IMG/VR virus record: IMGVR_UViG_2915650412_000004
Coordinates: 11,383-75,382 of that record
Direction: 5' to 3' (one strand)
Origin: a virus
Taxonomy: Duplodnaviria > Caudoviricetes
Length of the DNA: 64,000 nt
Shown: positions 19,979 through 26,878 of the stretch, one piece after another
Layout of the letters: the number at the start of each line of letters is the position of its first letter
Position numbering within the stretch: position 1 is the stretch's first letter
The notes under the pieces: model-generated
Databases searched by the model: none
Told to the model about the DNA's origin: nothing
Seen by the model: the letters and a program-made list of their open reading frames with translations, nothing else
Translations under genes and position numbers: made by a program

Positions 19979-20004
19979 ATAGGCCCTTGGGTGGGCCTAT
20001 TTAT
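19979..20004 (+). terminator. Terminator-like hairpin immediately after terL
   Basis: ATAGGCCC-ttgggt-GGGCCTAT then TTAT. Confidence 0.55.
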
Positions 20005-20037
20005 AGCTAAAAGCCGCCGCTATGTATTCATTCGTAA

Positions 20038-20100
20038 AATCAATGGTTTAGCGTGAATTATCGAGAATTGACGGCTTCTCGATGCGACATTGATGCGACA
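20038..20100 (+). promoter_or_regulatory. IHF site and arm-type integrase site
   Basis: AATCAATGGTTTA matches WATCAANNNNTTR; GCGACA-N5-GCGACA at 20084-20100 is mirrored at 35904-35920. Confidence 0.55.
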
Positions 20101-20113
20101 AGAAAGGAAGCAC

Positions 20114-20320
20114 ATGGAACAGGAAAAAGAAGGGGCCGACCTGCTCTATGGCGTCCCTGCAATTGCAACGTTCCTCCGTATGAGTGAGCCCGCAGTTTAT
20201 CATTTATCCCGTCGTGCTGATTGGCCCGGATTCAAGATCGGCGGCAAGGTCTGCGCTCGCCGCTCAGCAATTGACCAGTGGATTTCCGACATGGAAGCAA
20301 AGGCGAGGTCAACACAATGA
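20114..20320 (+). CDS. Excisionase/AlpA-like HTH protein (satellite)
   Basis: ADLLYGVPAIATFL...FKIGGKVCARRSAIDQW; paralog of 34532-34735. Confidence 0.8.
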   Translation: MEQEKEGADLLYGVPAIATFLRMSEPAVYHLSRRADWPGFKIGGKVCARRSAIDQWISDMEAKARSTQ

Positions 20321-20412
20321 GCGTGGCGTTTCTGCTCGGCTACATGCTGATCTTCGGCGGTGCCATTGTTGGGCCGCGTCTGATGACGCAGGCAGGAAGC
20401 GCCGGGAAGTGA
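20317..20412 (+). CDS. 31-aa hydrophobic peptide
   Basis: MSVAFLLGYMLIFGGAIVGP..., fills the gap with ATGA coupling. Confidence 0.45.
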   Translation: MSVAFLLGYMLIFGGAIVGPRLMTQAGSAGK

Positions 20413-20413
20413 A

Positions 20414-21604
20414 ATGAAGCGCAAGCACGACATACCGGCATGGCGGCAGCAACAATTGGTCAGGCTGGCCTTACGCCATTCTGAGACAACTAAGGCTGAC
20501 TGCGCCGTCCTTGCGGAGATCGTGCAGCGATACCATGGCGAGTACGGCAACGGCTGGGCCAGCTTCGATATGCTCATTGAAGAGACTGGCCTGCATAAGA
20601 CCACAATCATCAAGGCAAAACGCAAGCTTGAACGGCTCGGCTTTGTTTCCGTCCTGTCACCGGGACGCAGGGGCCGCTCAACGGTCTACTTGCCGAATTT
20701 TGATTTAGTTCCCGAAAAAGGTAGTGCACAGACTACCGAAACAAAGGGTAGCGTAGACGCTACCGTAATTGATGGTTTGGGTAGTCAGGACGCTACCGAA
20801 TATGGCGCTTTAGGTAGCGTGGACGCTACCACCTCCTACTTACAGTTACCGGTTTACAAAACCGGTATACTGGAAAGTAATATTGACCCTGCTGCGCCGC
20901 CCATGGCTGGCCTTACGGCCGCCAGTGCAGGCGCGCATGGGGAAGGGAAATTCGACCAGCTATATAAAGCGTATGGCCACAGGCGGGGCAGGGCGGATGC
21001 TCGCAAGGCATATGAAGCCCTTGCACTGACCGACGAGGCACATGCCGACATATTGGCCGCCGCTGAGGCATGGCGTCAGGCATGGGCGAGGCAGGGTAAT
21101 CCTGATGCGCCACGCTTCACGCTCGCGAAGTGGCTGGAGCGCGAATGCTACCACGAAGACCCGCCGACCGGCTTTAAGTCCAAAGAGCCGAAGAAACCGA
21201 AATCGGAAAGTTTGCCTACCCGGAATGCGGCGACGGTAAGCCAGTCCGAAACGCCAGCGCCTGGTGAAGAATATGGCGCTATCGATGTTTGCGCGTTCAC
21301 TCCTACCGGCACCTTCGAGGCCGAGATAATCGGCAGCGATGTCATTGCTACCGGGAACGAAGTCGTGTTGCGGCTGAATCTTCAACTGTCTGACGGGAAA
21401 GGAACACCTCTCGGTGAGACAGCCCATGAATTTTTCGTGCAGGCGAATGAGAAATCCAAACAAGATCGCGGGCAGGCATTCCTTACACAAGTCGCAGAGG
21501 CAGTCGGCTTGAGGGCTCTTGAAGATTCGAGCGATTTTCACGGCAAGCGGTGCCGGGTCACGATCAATAACCGGCGAGAAATCACCTACCACAACACGAG
21601 GTAA
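20414..21604 (+). CDS. Satellite replication initiator: N-terminal wHTH, C-terminal DUF669-like domain
   Basis: WASFDMLIEETGLHKTTIIKAKRKLERLGF HTH; internal iterons; C-terminus resembles 333-884. Confidence 0.75.
   Translation: MKRKHDIPAWRQQQLVRLALRHSETTKADCAVLAEIVQRYHGEYGNGWASFDMLIEETGLHKTTIIKAKRKLERLGFVSVLSPGRRGRSTVYLPNFDLVPEKGSAQTTETKGSVDATVIDGLGSQDATEYGALGSVDATTSYLQLPVYKTGILESNIDPAAPPMAGLTAASAGAHGEGKFDQLYKAYGHRRGRADARKAYEALALTDEAHADILAAAEAWRQAWARQGNPDAPRFTLAKWLERECYHEDPPTGFKSKEPKKPKSESLPTRNAATVSQSETPAPGEEYGAIDVCAFTPTGTFEAEIIGSDVIATGNEVVLRLNLQLSDGKGTPLGETAHEFFVQANEKSKQDRGQAFLTQVAEAVGLRALEDSSDFHGKRCRVTINNRREITYHNTR
20720..20830. repeat. Four GGTAG-N8-CTACC iterons (satellite origin)
   Basis: 20720-20737, 20747-20764, 20780-20797, 20813-20830. 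Confidence 0.8.
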
Positions 21605-21606
21605 AT

Positions 21607-21858
21607 ATGGCGAATGACTTTTATGACGATGCAGTAGACGAACCAGAAGCCGCGGCACCGGTCCAGCATTTCACCTGCATGATCCAGATCGAGCCGTTTG
21701 ACGCTGAAACCGAAGACGATGAAAAGCTGCGCGTTGTCGGCATTGTGCAAGGCACAGACGATGAAACTTTTGATTTCATCGCGATCAAAACCCTCGAAAA
21801 TGGCGAGATGTACCCGACCCGTGAAGCCACGGTTTGGTCTGTTTCCCAAAAATCCTAA
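21607..21858 (+). CDS. Acidic hypothetical protein
   Basis: ACACGAGGTA RBS, coupled to rep. Confidence 0.65.
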   Translation: MANDFYDDAVDEPEAAAPVQHFTCMIQIEPFDAETEDDEKLRVVGIVQGTDDETFDFIAIKTLENGEMYPTREATVWSVSQKS

Positions 21859-21860
21859 TC

Positions 21861-21960
21861 ACAGATCGTCGTAGCGCCTGCTGTGGTGGCGGGCACCTAT
21901 TTGCTGCGACAGATCCCCCGCCCGGTCTCTCCTCCTCGTGTGCCGGGCGGGGGCGGTTTC
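21861..21960 (+). ncRNA. Candidate structured sRNA in the tRNA leader; loop antisense to the helper RBS motif
   Basis: Stem-loop ~21864-21914 and perfect 11-bp stem 21915-21925/21943-21953 with loop UCUCUCCUCCUCGUGUG. Confidence 0.55.
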
Positions 21961-22034
21961 TCGGCCTTCGCCTAACGGTAGGGCAGCGCACTTTGAATGC
22001 GCCGGTACTGGTTCGATCCCAGTAGGCCGATCCA
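21961..22034 (+). tRNA. tRNA-Gln(TTG) (satellite)
   Basis: Acceptor TCGGCCT/AGGCCGA, anticodon arm GCGCA-CTTTGAA-TGCGC, T arm ACTGG-TTCGATC-CCAGT, CCA. Confidence 0.9.
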
Positions 22035-22061
22035 TTTTTTCAAATACGGAGGCTATCGCCC

Positions 22062-22211
22062 ATGACGGAATCCGATCATGCCGAAAACAGCGAATCCGCA
22101 TTCGACGGCGCTCATCGTGGTCGGCGCATAAGTTGGGCCGAGTTATACCGGCAACGCCCGGACTTGAAGTCAAATTCTGAAAATCGAAAAGCCGCCGACG
22201 AGGCAGCTTAA
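22062..22211 (+). CDS. 49-aa peptide (MTESDH...ISWAELYRQRPDLK...DEAA)
   Basis: GGAGG RBS; not in the ORF track because of length. Confidence 0.55.
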   Translation: MTESDHAENSESAFDGAHRGRRISWAELYRQRPDLKSNSENRKAADEAA

Positions 22212-22278
22212 CGACCAAAAGCGCACCGCGCTTATTTCACCCACCAATTCCCAATTCTGCAAAATAGGAGGCGTCCCG

Positions 22279-22794
22279 ATGCGCAAATCGGCCGTCATTG
22301 AAATCCTTGCGCGCCGGCTCCGCATAGCGCCCGGACGCATTCAAGCAATCGCGGATCGCTTGGCCTCCGCTGGCCTGATTTCGAACGCCGAGGGCAGTAG
22401 GCGATATCCTCCTGACCTGTCCGAACCTGAAATCGTCACGCTGGTTATCGCGGTCATCGCCGATAGTGGCCTTGGCAACGTGAAAGCGACAGTTGACACG
22501 TTCTCGTCCTTGGCCAGCGAAGGGATTGCCTTCGGACACGTTCTTCAACGTGTGCTGTTCGGCCGCCCGGTGGATATCGCACACGTCATCGTCCGTCATG
22601 ACCCGGCAGGAGTGTCGGCGGTGATCGACGGCAATCATGCCGTCTATGGCGCTGAAGCACCTGAAAAAGCCGCAACGACGGCGCGCATCATTCCGGGCGA
22701 TGCACTGATTGCCATCGCCGCAGAACTGCAAGGCCAGCACCCCCAGCAGGCGGATGCCTTGGTCGAACTTATCAAAATTCGGAGATCGCTATGA
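22279..22794 (+). CDS. Hypothetical protein, possible N-terminal HTH; candidate late activator
   Basis: AGGAGG RBS; heads the satellite capsid operon. Confidence 0.65.
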   Translation: MRKSAVIEILARRLRIAPGRIQAIADRLASAGLISNAEGSRRYPPDLSEPEIVTLVIAVIADSGLGNVKATVDTFSSLASEGIAFGHVLQRVLFGRPVDIAHVIVRHDPAGVSAVIDGNHAVYGAEAPEKAATTARIIPGDALIAIAAELQGQHPQQADALVELIKIRRSL

Positions 22795-23081
22795 GCAAGG
22801 TTGAAGCGCTGCTCGACCGTTTGGCGGAAGCCACCGCCGAGTCCGACGACTACGCCGAACTGCCGCCCGAACTCGCTAAAGAGGCAAGGCTGCATGTCTG
22901 GGATGCGCATTACGCCAATTCAGACGAACGCGCCCGCTTGGACGCGAAACTGGCCGCTTCATCGCCTGAATTTCAGGCTGCTGTCGCGGTCACCGAAACG
23001 GCGCTGGCCGAAGAGCTTGCCGCCAATAATGAGCGACGCGCCCGCGTTCGCAGAGAAAACCCATCTTATTTCAAGGACTAA
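22791..23081 (+). CDS. Helical hypothetical protein before capsid gene
   Basis: Coupled ATGA overlap; Ala/Glu/Arg rich. Confidence 0.65.
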   Translation: MSKVEALLDRLAEATAESDDYAELPPELAKEARLHVWDAHYANSDERARLDAKLAASSPEFQAAVAVTETALAEELAANNERRARVRRENPSYFKD

Positions 23082-23083
23082 CT

Positions 23084-24175
23084 ATGACAAATCTCGCAAC
23101 TATGATTTCCGATCTGGGCAATGAATTCAAAGCCAGCACCGGCGACCTTTCCTCCCGCATCAGCGAGCTCGAAAAGCGTGCGGCTCGCGAGCCTTCCGGT
23201 GATATGCTCTATGCAAATGGCGAAACTATCGCCGACAAGATGGTAGAATCCGCAGCCTTCAAGTCGCTGGAGGGTGGTCGCGTCCGTGGCCGTGCGCACG
23301 TCGAAATGGCGGCCATCACTTCCGGCAACACTACCGTTGGCACTGGTCGCTCCGCAGCTACTTCGCTGGTGGGTGCTGATCGCCGCCCTGGCATTGTTAC
23401 ACCTGCCGAGCGCGTCCTGACCGTCCGTGACCTTATCGCTCCGGGCGAAACCAGCGCGGGCTCAATCGAATACGTGAAGGAAACGGGCTTTACCAATAAT
23501 GCCGCTCCCGTCGCTGAAACGACGCAGAAGCCTTACTCCGATCTGACATTCGATCTGGTGACGGCACCGGTCCGCACGATTGCGCACCTTTTCAAACTGT
23601 CAAAGCAGATCATGGACGATGCGCCCGGTCTCGTCAGTTATGTGAACGTGCGCGGTACGTCGGGCCTGAAGCTCAAGGAAGAGAACCAGCTTCTCTTCGG
23701 CGACGGTACAGGTCAGAACCTTTTGGGCCTGATTCCACAGGCAACCGTATTCGATGACGCGCTACGCTCCACGGGCGACACCCGCGTTGACACTCTGCGC
23801 CGTGCTATCCAGCAGGTACGCCGTGCCGAATACCGCGCATCCGGCATCATCATGAACCCGGACGACCTCGCCGACCTTGAACTGACCAAGGACGCCGGCG
23901 GCAACTACATTATTGTCGATCCCGTTGAAGGCGGTCAGGGCCGAGTGTGGCGTCTGCCTATCGTGGACACCACTGCAATGCCAGCGGGTCAGTTCCTCGT
24001 TGGTGCGCTCGATACGGCTGCCCAACTTTTCGACCGTCAACAGGTGATCTTCGAAATCTCGACTGAGAACGCCGACGATTTCGAAAAGAATATGGCGACT
24101 GCTCGTATCGAAGAGCGCCTGGCTCTTGCCGTGTATCGTCCGGAAAGCATCGTTACCGGCCAGTTCGAAGCCTAA
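23084..24175 (+). CDS. Satellite major capsid protein (HK97 fold)
   Basis: Colinear similarity to helper MCP (ITSGNTTVG, EYVKETGFTN, GDGTGQNL, IEERLALAVYRPE). Confidence 0.95.
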   Translation: MTNLATMISDLGNEFKASTGDLSSRISELEKRAAREPSGDMLYANGETIADKMVESAAFKSLEGGRVRGRAHVEMAAITSGNTTVGTGRSAATSLVGADRRPGIVTPAERVLTVRDLIAPGETSAGSIEYVKETGFTNNAAPVAETTQKPYSDLTFDLVTAPVRTIAHLFKLSKQIMDDAPGLVSYVNVRGTSGLKLKEENQLLFGDGTGQNLLGLIPQATVFDDALRSTGDTRVDTLRRAIQQVRRAEYRASGIIMNPDDLADLELTKDAGGNYIIVDPVEGGQGRVWRLPIVDTTAMPAGQFLVGALDTAAQLFDRQQVIFEISTENADDFEKNMATARIEERLALAVYRPESIVTGQFEA

Positions 24176-24268
24176 TCACGTTCAGGCGCCGTGAATGTCC
24201 GGCTGGCCCTGTCGGCAAGTTATGGAGCGCGGCGCCGTCCTCCTGAGAGCGCTTCACAACATGGGCAC

Positions 24269-24322
24269 GCCGCTGGCTGGAGTCCCCCGCTTTCGAGCGC
24301 GCAGCCAGCGGCTCTTCCTTTT
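24269..24322 (+). terminator. Long hairpin terminator after satellite capsid gene
   Basis: GCCGCTGGCTG...CAGCCAGCGGC then TCTTCCTTTT. Confidence 0.55.
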
Positions 24323-24327
24323 CAAGA

Positions 24328-24549
24328 ATGGAGATATCAATGCCTGTAGGCAGACTAAAAGCATGGCGTAACGGCTATGGCTTTCTCACAACGGACAACG
24401 GTTCGGACATGTTCGTCCATATCACCGCATTCCAATTCGCGGGCGAAGAGCCAGAAGTGGGTGCCTTTTACTCGTACAAGGCCGGGATGTTTAAGGACAA
24501 GATTATCGCGACCCATCTGAAGCGTGTGGATGATCATGGCGACGGGTAA
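24328..24549 (+). CDS. Cold-shock domain protein 1
   Basis: GRLKAW..GYGFL...DMFVHITAF (RNP1/RNP2). Confidence 0.85.
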   Translation: MEISMPVGRLKAWRNGYGFLTTDNGSDMFVHITAFQFAGEEPEVGAFYSYKAGMFKDKIIATHLKRVDDHGDG

Positions 24550-24766
24550 GGTCCTCTTTTTCCACAATGGCTACGGCTTCATCGCTGCCGAGCCTTGCAA
24601 CGTTTTCTTCCATCGCGCTGCCGTCGATGGCGATGTGCCAAAGGCTGGCGATATGGTCCGCTACGATGCCATGCCAAGTGGCAGGAGTAGCCCTAAGGCG
24701 AACAGCGTTCGCGTCATCGACCAGGACGTCTTGGCCGAAGCTGAGCGGGTGTTTGGGTCGCAATGA
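24536..24766 (+). CDS. Cold-shock domain protein 2
   Basis: MATGKVLFFHNGYGFI...VFFHRAAV. Confidence 0.85.
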   Translation: MATGKVLFFHNGYGFIAAEPCNVFFHRAAVDGDVPKAGDMVRYDAMPSGRSSPKANSVRVIDQDVLAEAERVFGSQ

Positions 24767-25059
24767 GTAGAGGTGAAAGCGCAGCTTGGCAGCACCTTTA
24801 TAAGCGGTCGAGATGGATCAAGATGCGTGAGCGACATCTGATGCAGTCGCCCTTGTGCGTTTATTGCCTTGAGGTTGGCAACGTGGAGCCTGCCACGATT
24901 TGTGATCATCGCACCCCGCATAGAGGGAGCGAGGATCTCTTCTGGGACGCTGACAATCTCATGTCCCTTTGCAAGCCCTGTCATGATCGGATCAAGCAGC
25001 GCGAAGAACGCGGAGAGAAGGTCATTCGATTTGGCGCGGACGGATACCCCATCGAGTGA
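24763..25059 (+). CDS. Satellite packaging HNH endonuclease
   Basis: PLCVYC...DHRTPHRG...LMSLCKPCH; homolog of 17310-17600. Confidence 0.9.
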   Translation: MSRGESAAWQHLYKRSRWIKMRERHLMQSPLCVYCLEVGNVEPATICDHRTPHRGSEDLFWDADNLMSLCKPCHDRIKQREERGEKVIRFGADGYPIE

Positions 25060-25135
25060 CCACCCACCCATAAGGGGGGCAATCGAAGTCTGGAAGCCGC
25101 TCGCTCTAGGAGCGGCCCGGACCCACAACGCATAC
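25057..25135 (+). promoter_or_regulatory. Probable satellite cos/packaging region
   Basis: Between HNH and terS; aligns with helper 17598-17670. Confidence 0.5.
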
Positions 25136-25172
25136 ACGTGCTGCCCCGGTTCAAATAAAAATTGGAGGCTCA

Positions 25173-25529
25173 ATGCCCAAAAACCCCACAAATTCAGCGG
25201 TCAAACCGCCAAAACACCTGCGAAAACCAACGCAAAATTGGTTCAAATCTGTAATAGACGACTTCGATTTGGAGCCTCATCATATCAAATTGCTAACTCT
25301 TGCTGCTGATGCGTGGGATCGGGCGGTCTCTGCGCGCGAAGTAATCGACGCGGATGGGATGACTTACACCGACCGTTTCGGGCAGCCGAAGCCACGCCCA
25401 GAAGTCGCAATCGAGCGTGACTCCCGCATCGGCTTCACCCGCCTTATTCGCGAGCTTGCTTTGGATGGCGTGGATGCTCCAGAAACGCCGCGCCCACCGC
25501 GCACTGCCGACTACGGGAATAGGCGCTGA
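25173..25529 (+). CDS. terS: Satellite terminase small subunit (P27-like)
   Basis: PPKHL...W...GQPKPRPEV.IE......RLIRELAL. Confidence 0.8.
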   Translation: MPKNPTNSAVKPPKHLRKPTQNWFKSVIDDFDLEPHHIKLLTLAADAWDRAVSAREVIDADGMTYTDRFGQPKPRPEVAIERDSRIGFTRLIRELALDGVDAPETPRPPRTADYGNRR

Positions 25530-25765
25530 TGCCCGTTCGTCGCAAAGCCGATAGACGACGCACGACGTTTCTGTTTGAAGATTGGGGGGAATTCCTCGGC
25601 ACCGGCATCGACATGTTCTCCGATCTTCACCACGCCGGGATTACGGTCGACCACGAGCCGCCGCCACGCGAACTGGCCGAACAGGCTTGGCGCGCTCTTG
25701 GTGCGCAGATTGTCTCCGCCTATGGCACCGAGTGCTGGGGCGCGCGCGAATTTGGGCAATCCTGA
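25529..25765 (+). CDS. Hypothetical protein (MPVRRK...)
   Basis: Coupled TGATG overlap. Confidence 0.65.
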   Translation: MPVRRKADRRRTTFLFEDWGEFLGTGIDMFSDLHHAGITVDHEPPPRELAEQAWRALGAQIVSAYGTECWGAREFGQS

Positions 25766-26037
25766 TGCCGGTTCGGAAAAGACACAACCGGCGAGCCGAC
25801 CGAGTGGATTTCGAGATTACGCCTGAAATACGCGCCGCGTTTGAAGCCTACATCGAAAGCGAACCCGTCGAGGGTGGCGGTTGGCGTGAGCATTGGCGTT
25901 TGCACGATCTACTGCATGAGGCGGGCGTCTTGAGGCTGCCATATTGCCCGCCGTGCTGCTTCCATCCACAGGATCACGGAACCAGATGGCAATATGCGCC
26001 CCATGCTGTGGCCATCTACCGCCATCTTTCACAGTAA
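25765..26037 (+). CDS. Hypothetical protein (MPVRKR...)
   Basis: Coupled TGATG overlap, ATG at 25765. Confidence 0.6.
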   Translation: MPVRKRHNRRADRVDFEITPEIRAAFEAYIESEPVEGGGWREHWRLHDLLHEAGVLRLPYCPPCCFHPQDHGTRWQYAPHAVAIYRHLSQ

Positions 26038-26039
26038 AT

Positions 26040-26063
26040 GCCCGCCGTTGAGCGGGCTTTTTT
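26040..26063 (+). terminator. Intrinsic terminator
   Basis: GCCCGC-cgttga-GCGGGC then T6. Confidence 0.7.
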
Positions 26064-26076
26064 ATGAGGTACATTC

Positions 26077-26445
26077 ATGTCCGATAAGCCTTTTTCACAG
26101 ATTACGCAGCCATTTGGCGACGGCGAATATAACTTCGCGCTGACTTGGGATGGCGCGATTGAGTGGGAAGAAAAAACGAGCCGTAGCCTTTATGGCACCT
26201 TCAAATTTATGGCCGAACATCAAAGTGGATTGGTTGCCGATGTGCGCGAAATTATCCGCATCGCATTAGTCGGTGGCGGACTGGCTCCGATACGGGCTCT
26301 GTCGCTGGTCAAGCGATATGTGGAGGGGCGTCCGCTTGATGAAAGCCTACCCGTCGCACTGAGCGCAATCGAGGCTTTCCTTTTCGGTCCCGACGATAAA
26401 TCCGGCGACACCGCCAAGACGGGAGAAGTCCCAGCCGATGGCTAA
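26077..26445 (+). CDS. Satellite tail assembly chaperone (GTA gp10-like)
   Basis: FGDGEYNFALTW...VREIIRIALVGGGL.P..A..LVKRYVE; homolog of 43374-43814. Confidence 0.8.
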   Translation: MSDKPFSQITQPFGDGEYNFALTWDGAIEWEEKTSRSLYGTFKFMAEHQSGLVADVREIIRIALVGGGLAPIRALSLVKRYVEGRPLDESLPVALSAIEAFLFGPDDKSGDTAKTGEVPADG

Positions 26446-26878
26446 GAAATGGCACGCATCGGCAGCGTTCAAAAAGAGGCTGGCGAAGCTGCCGGCATCT
26501 GTTCTCAAAAGGACCAATGAGGCCATCAAGAAGAACGCCGAGGAATGGGTGGACTGGGCGCAGAAGATGGCCCCGGAAGACCCGAAAGACGGCATTCATC
26601 TGAGGCCTTCGATCCGCAATTACGAATCTGAAACCGGCGGCCAGGTGGTTCGTGCAGGTGGCGAGGCGACAACCGTGAACGGTTACGATTATGCCCTTGG
26701 CGTCGAGTTTGGAACCGCGCCTCACATCGCAGGCGGTCAATTCGAAGGTGCGCATCATCCGGGTACGTCAGGGCAGCCGTTCTTTTGGCCCTCATATCGA
26801 ATGCTGCGAAAGCGAATGTCTGGTCGTCGCCGACGCGCACTGAATCAAGCCGTGAAGGATTTCAACGATGGCAAGTGA
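26438..26878 (+). CDS. Satellite HK97 gp10-like tail completion protein
   Basis: YALGVEFGT...QPFFWPS; homolog of 41147-41614. Confidence 0.8.
   Translation: MAKKWHASAAFKKRLAKLPASVLKRTNEAIKKNAEEWVDWAQKMAPEDPKDGIHLRPSIRNYESETGGQVVRAGGEATTVNGYDYALGVEFGTAPHIAGGQFEGAHHPGTSGQPFFWPSYRMLRKRMSGRRRRALNQAVKDFNDGK

Noticed and set aside
21926-21942. Minus-strand ACACGAGGAG as the RBS of an antisense gene
   Set aside because: No start codon at suitable spacing downstream on the minus strand; plus-strand transcription is implied by the adjacent tRNA
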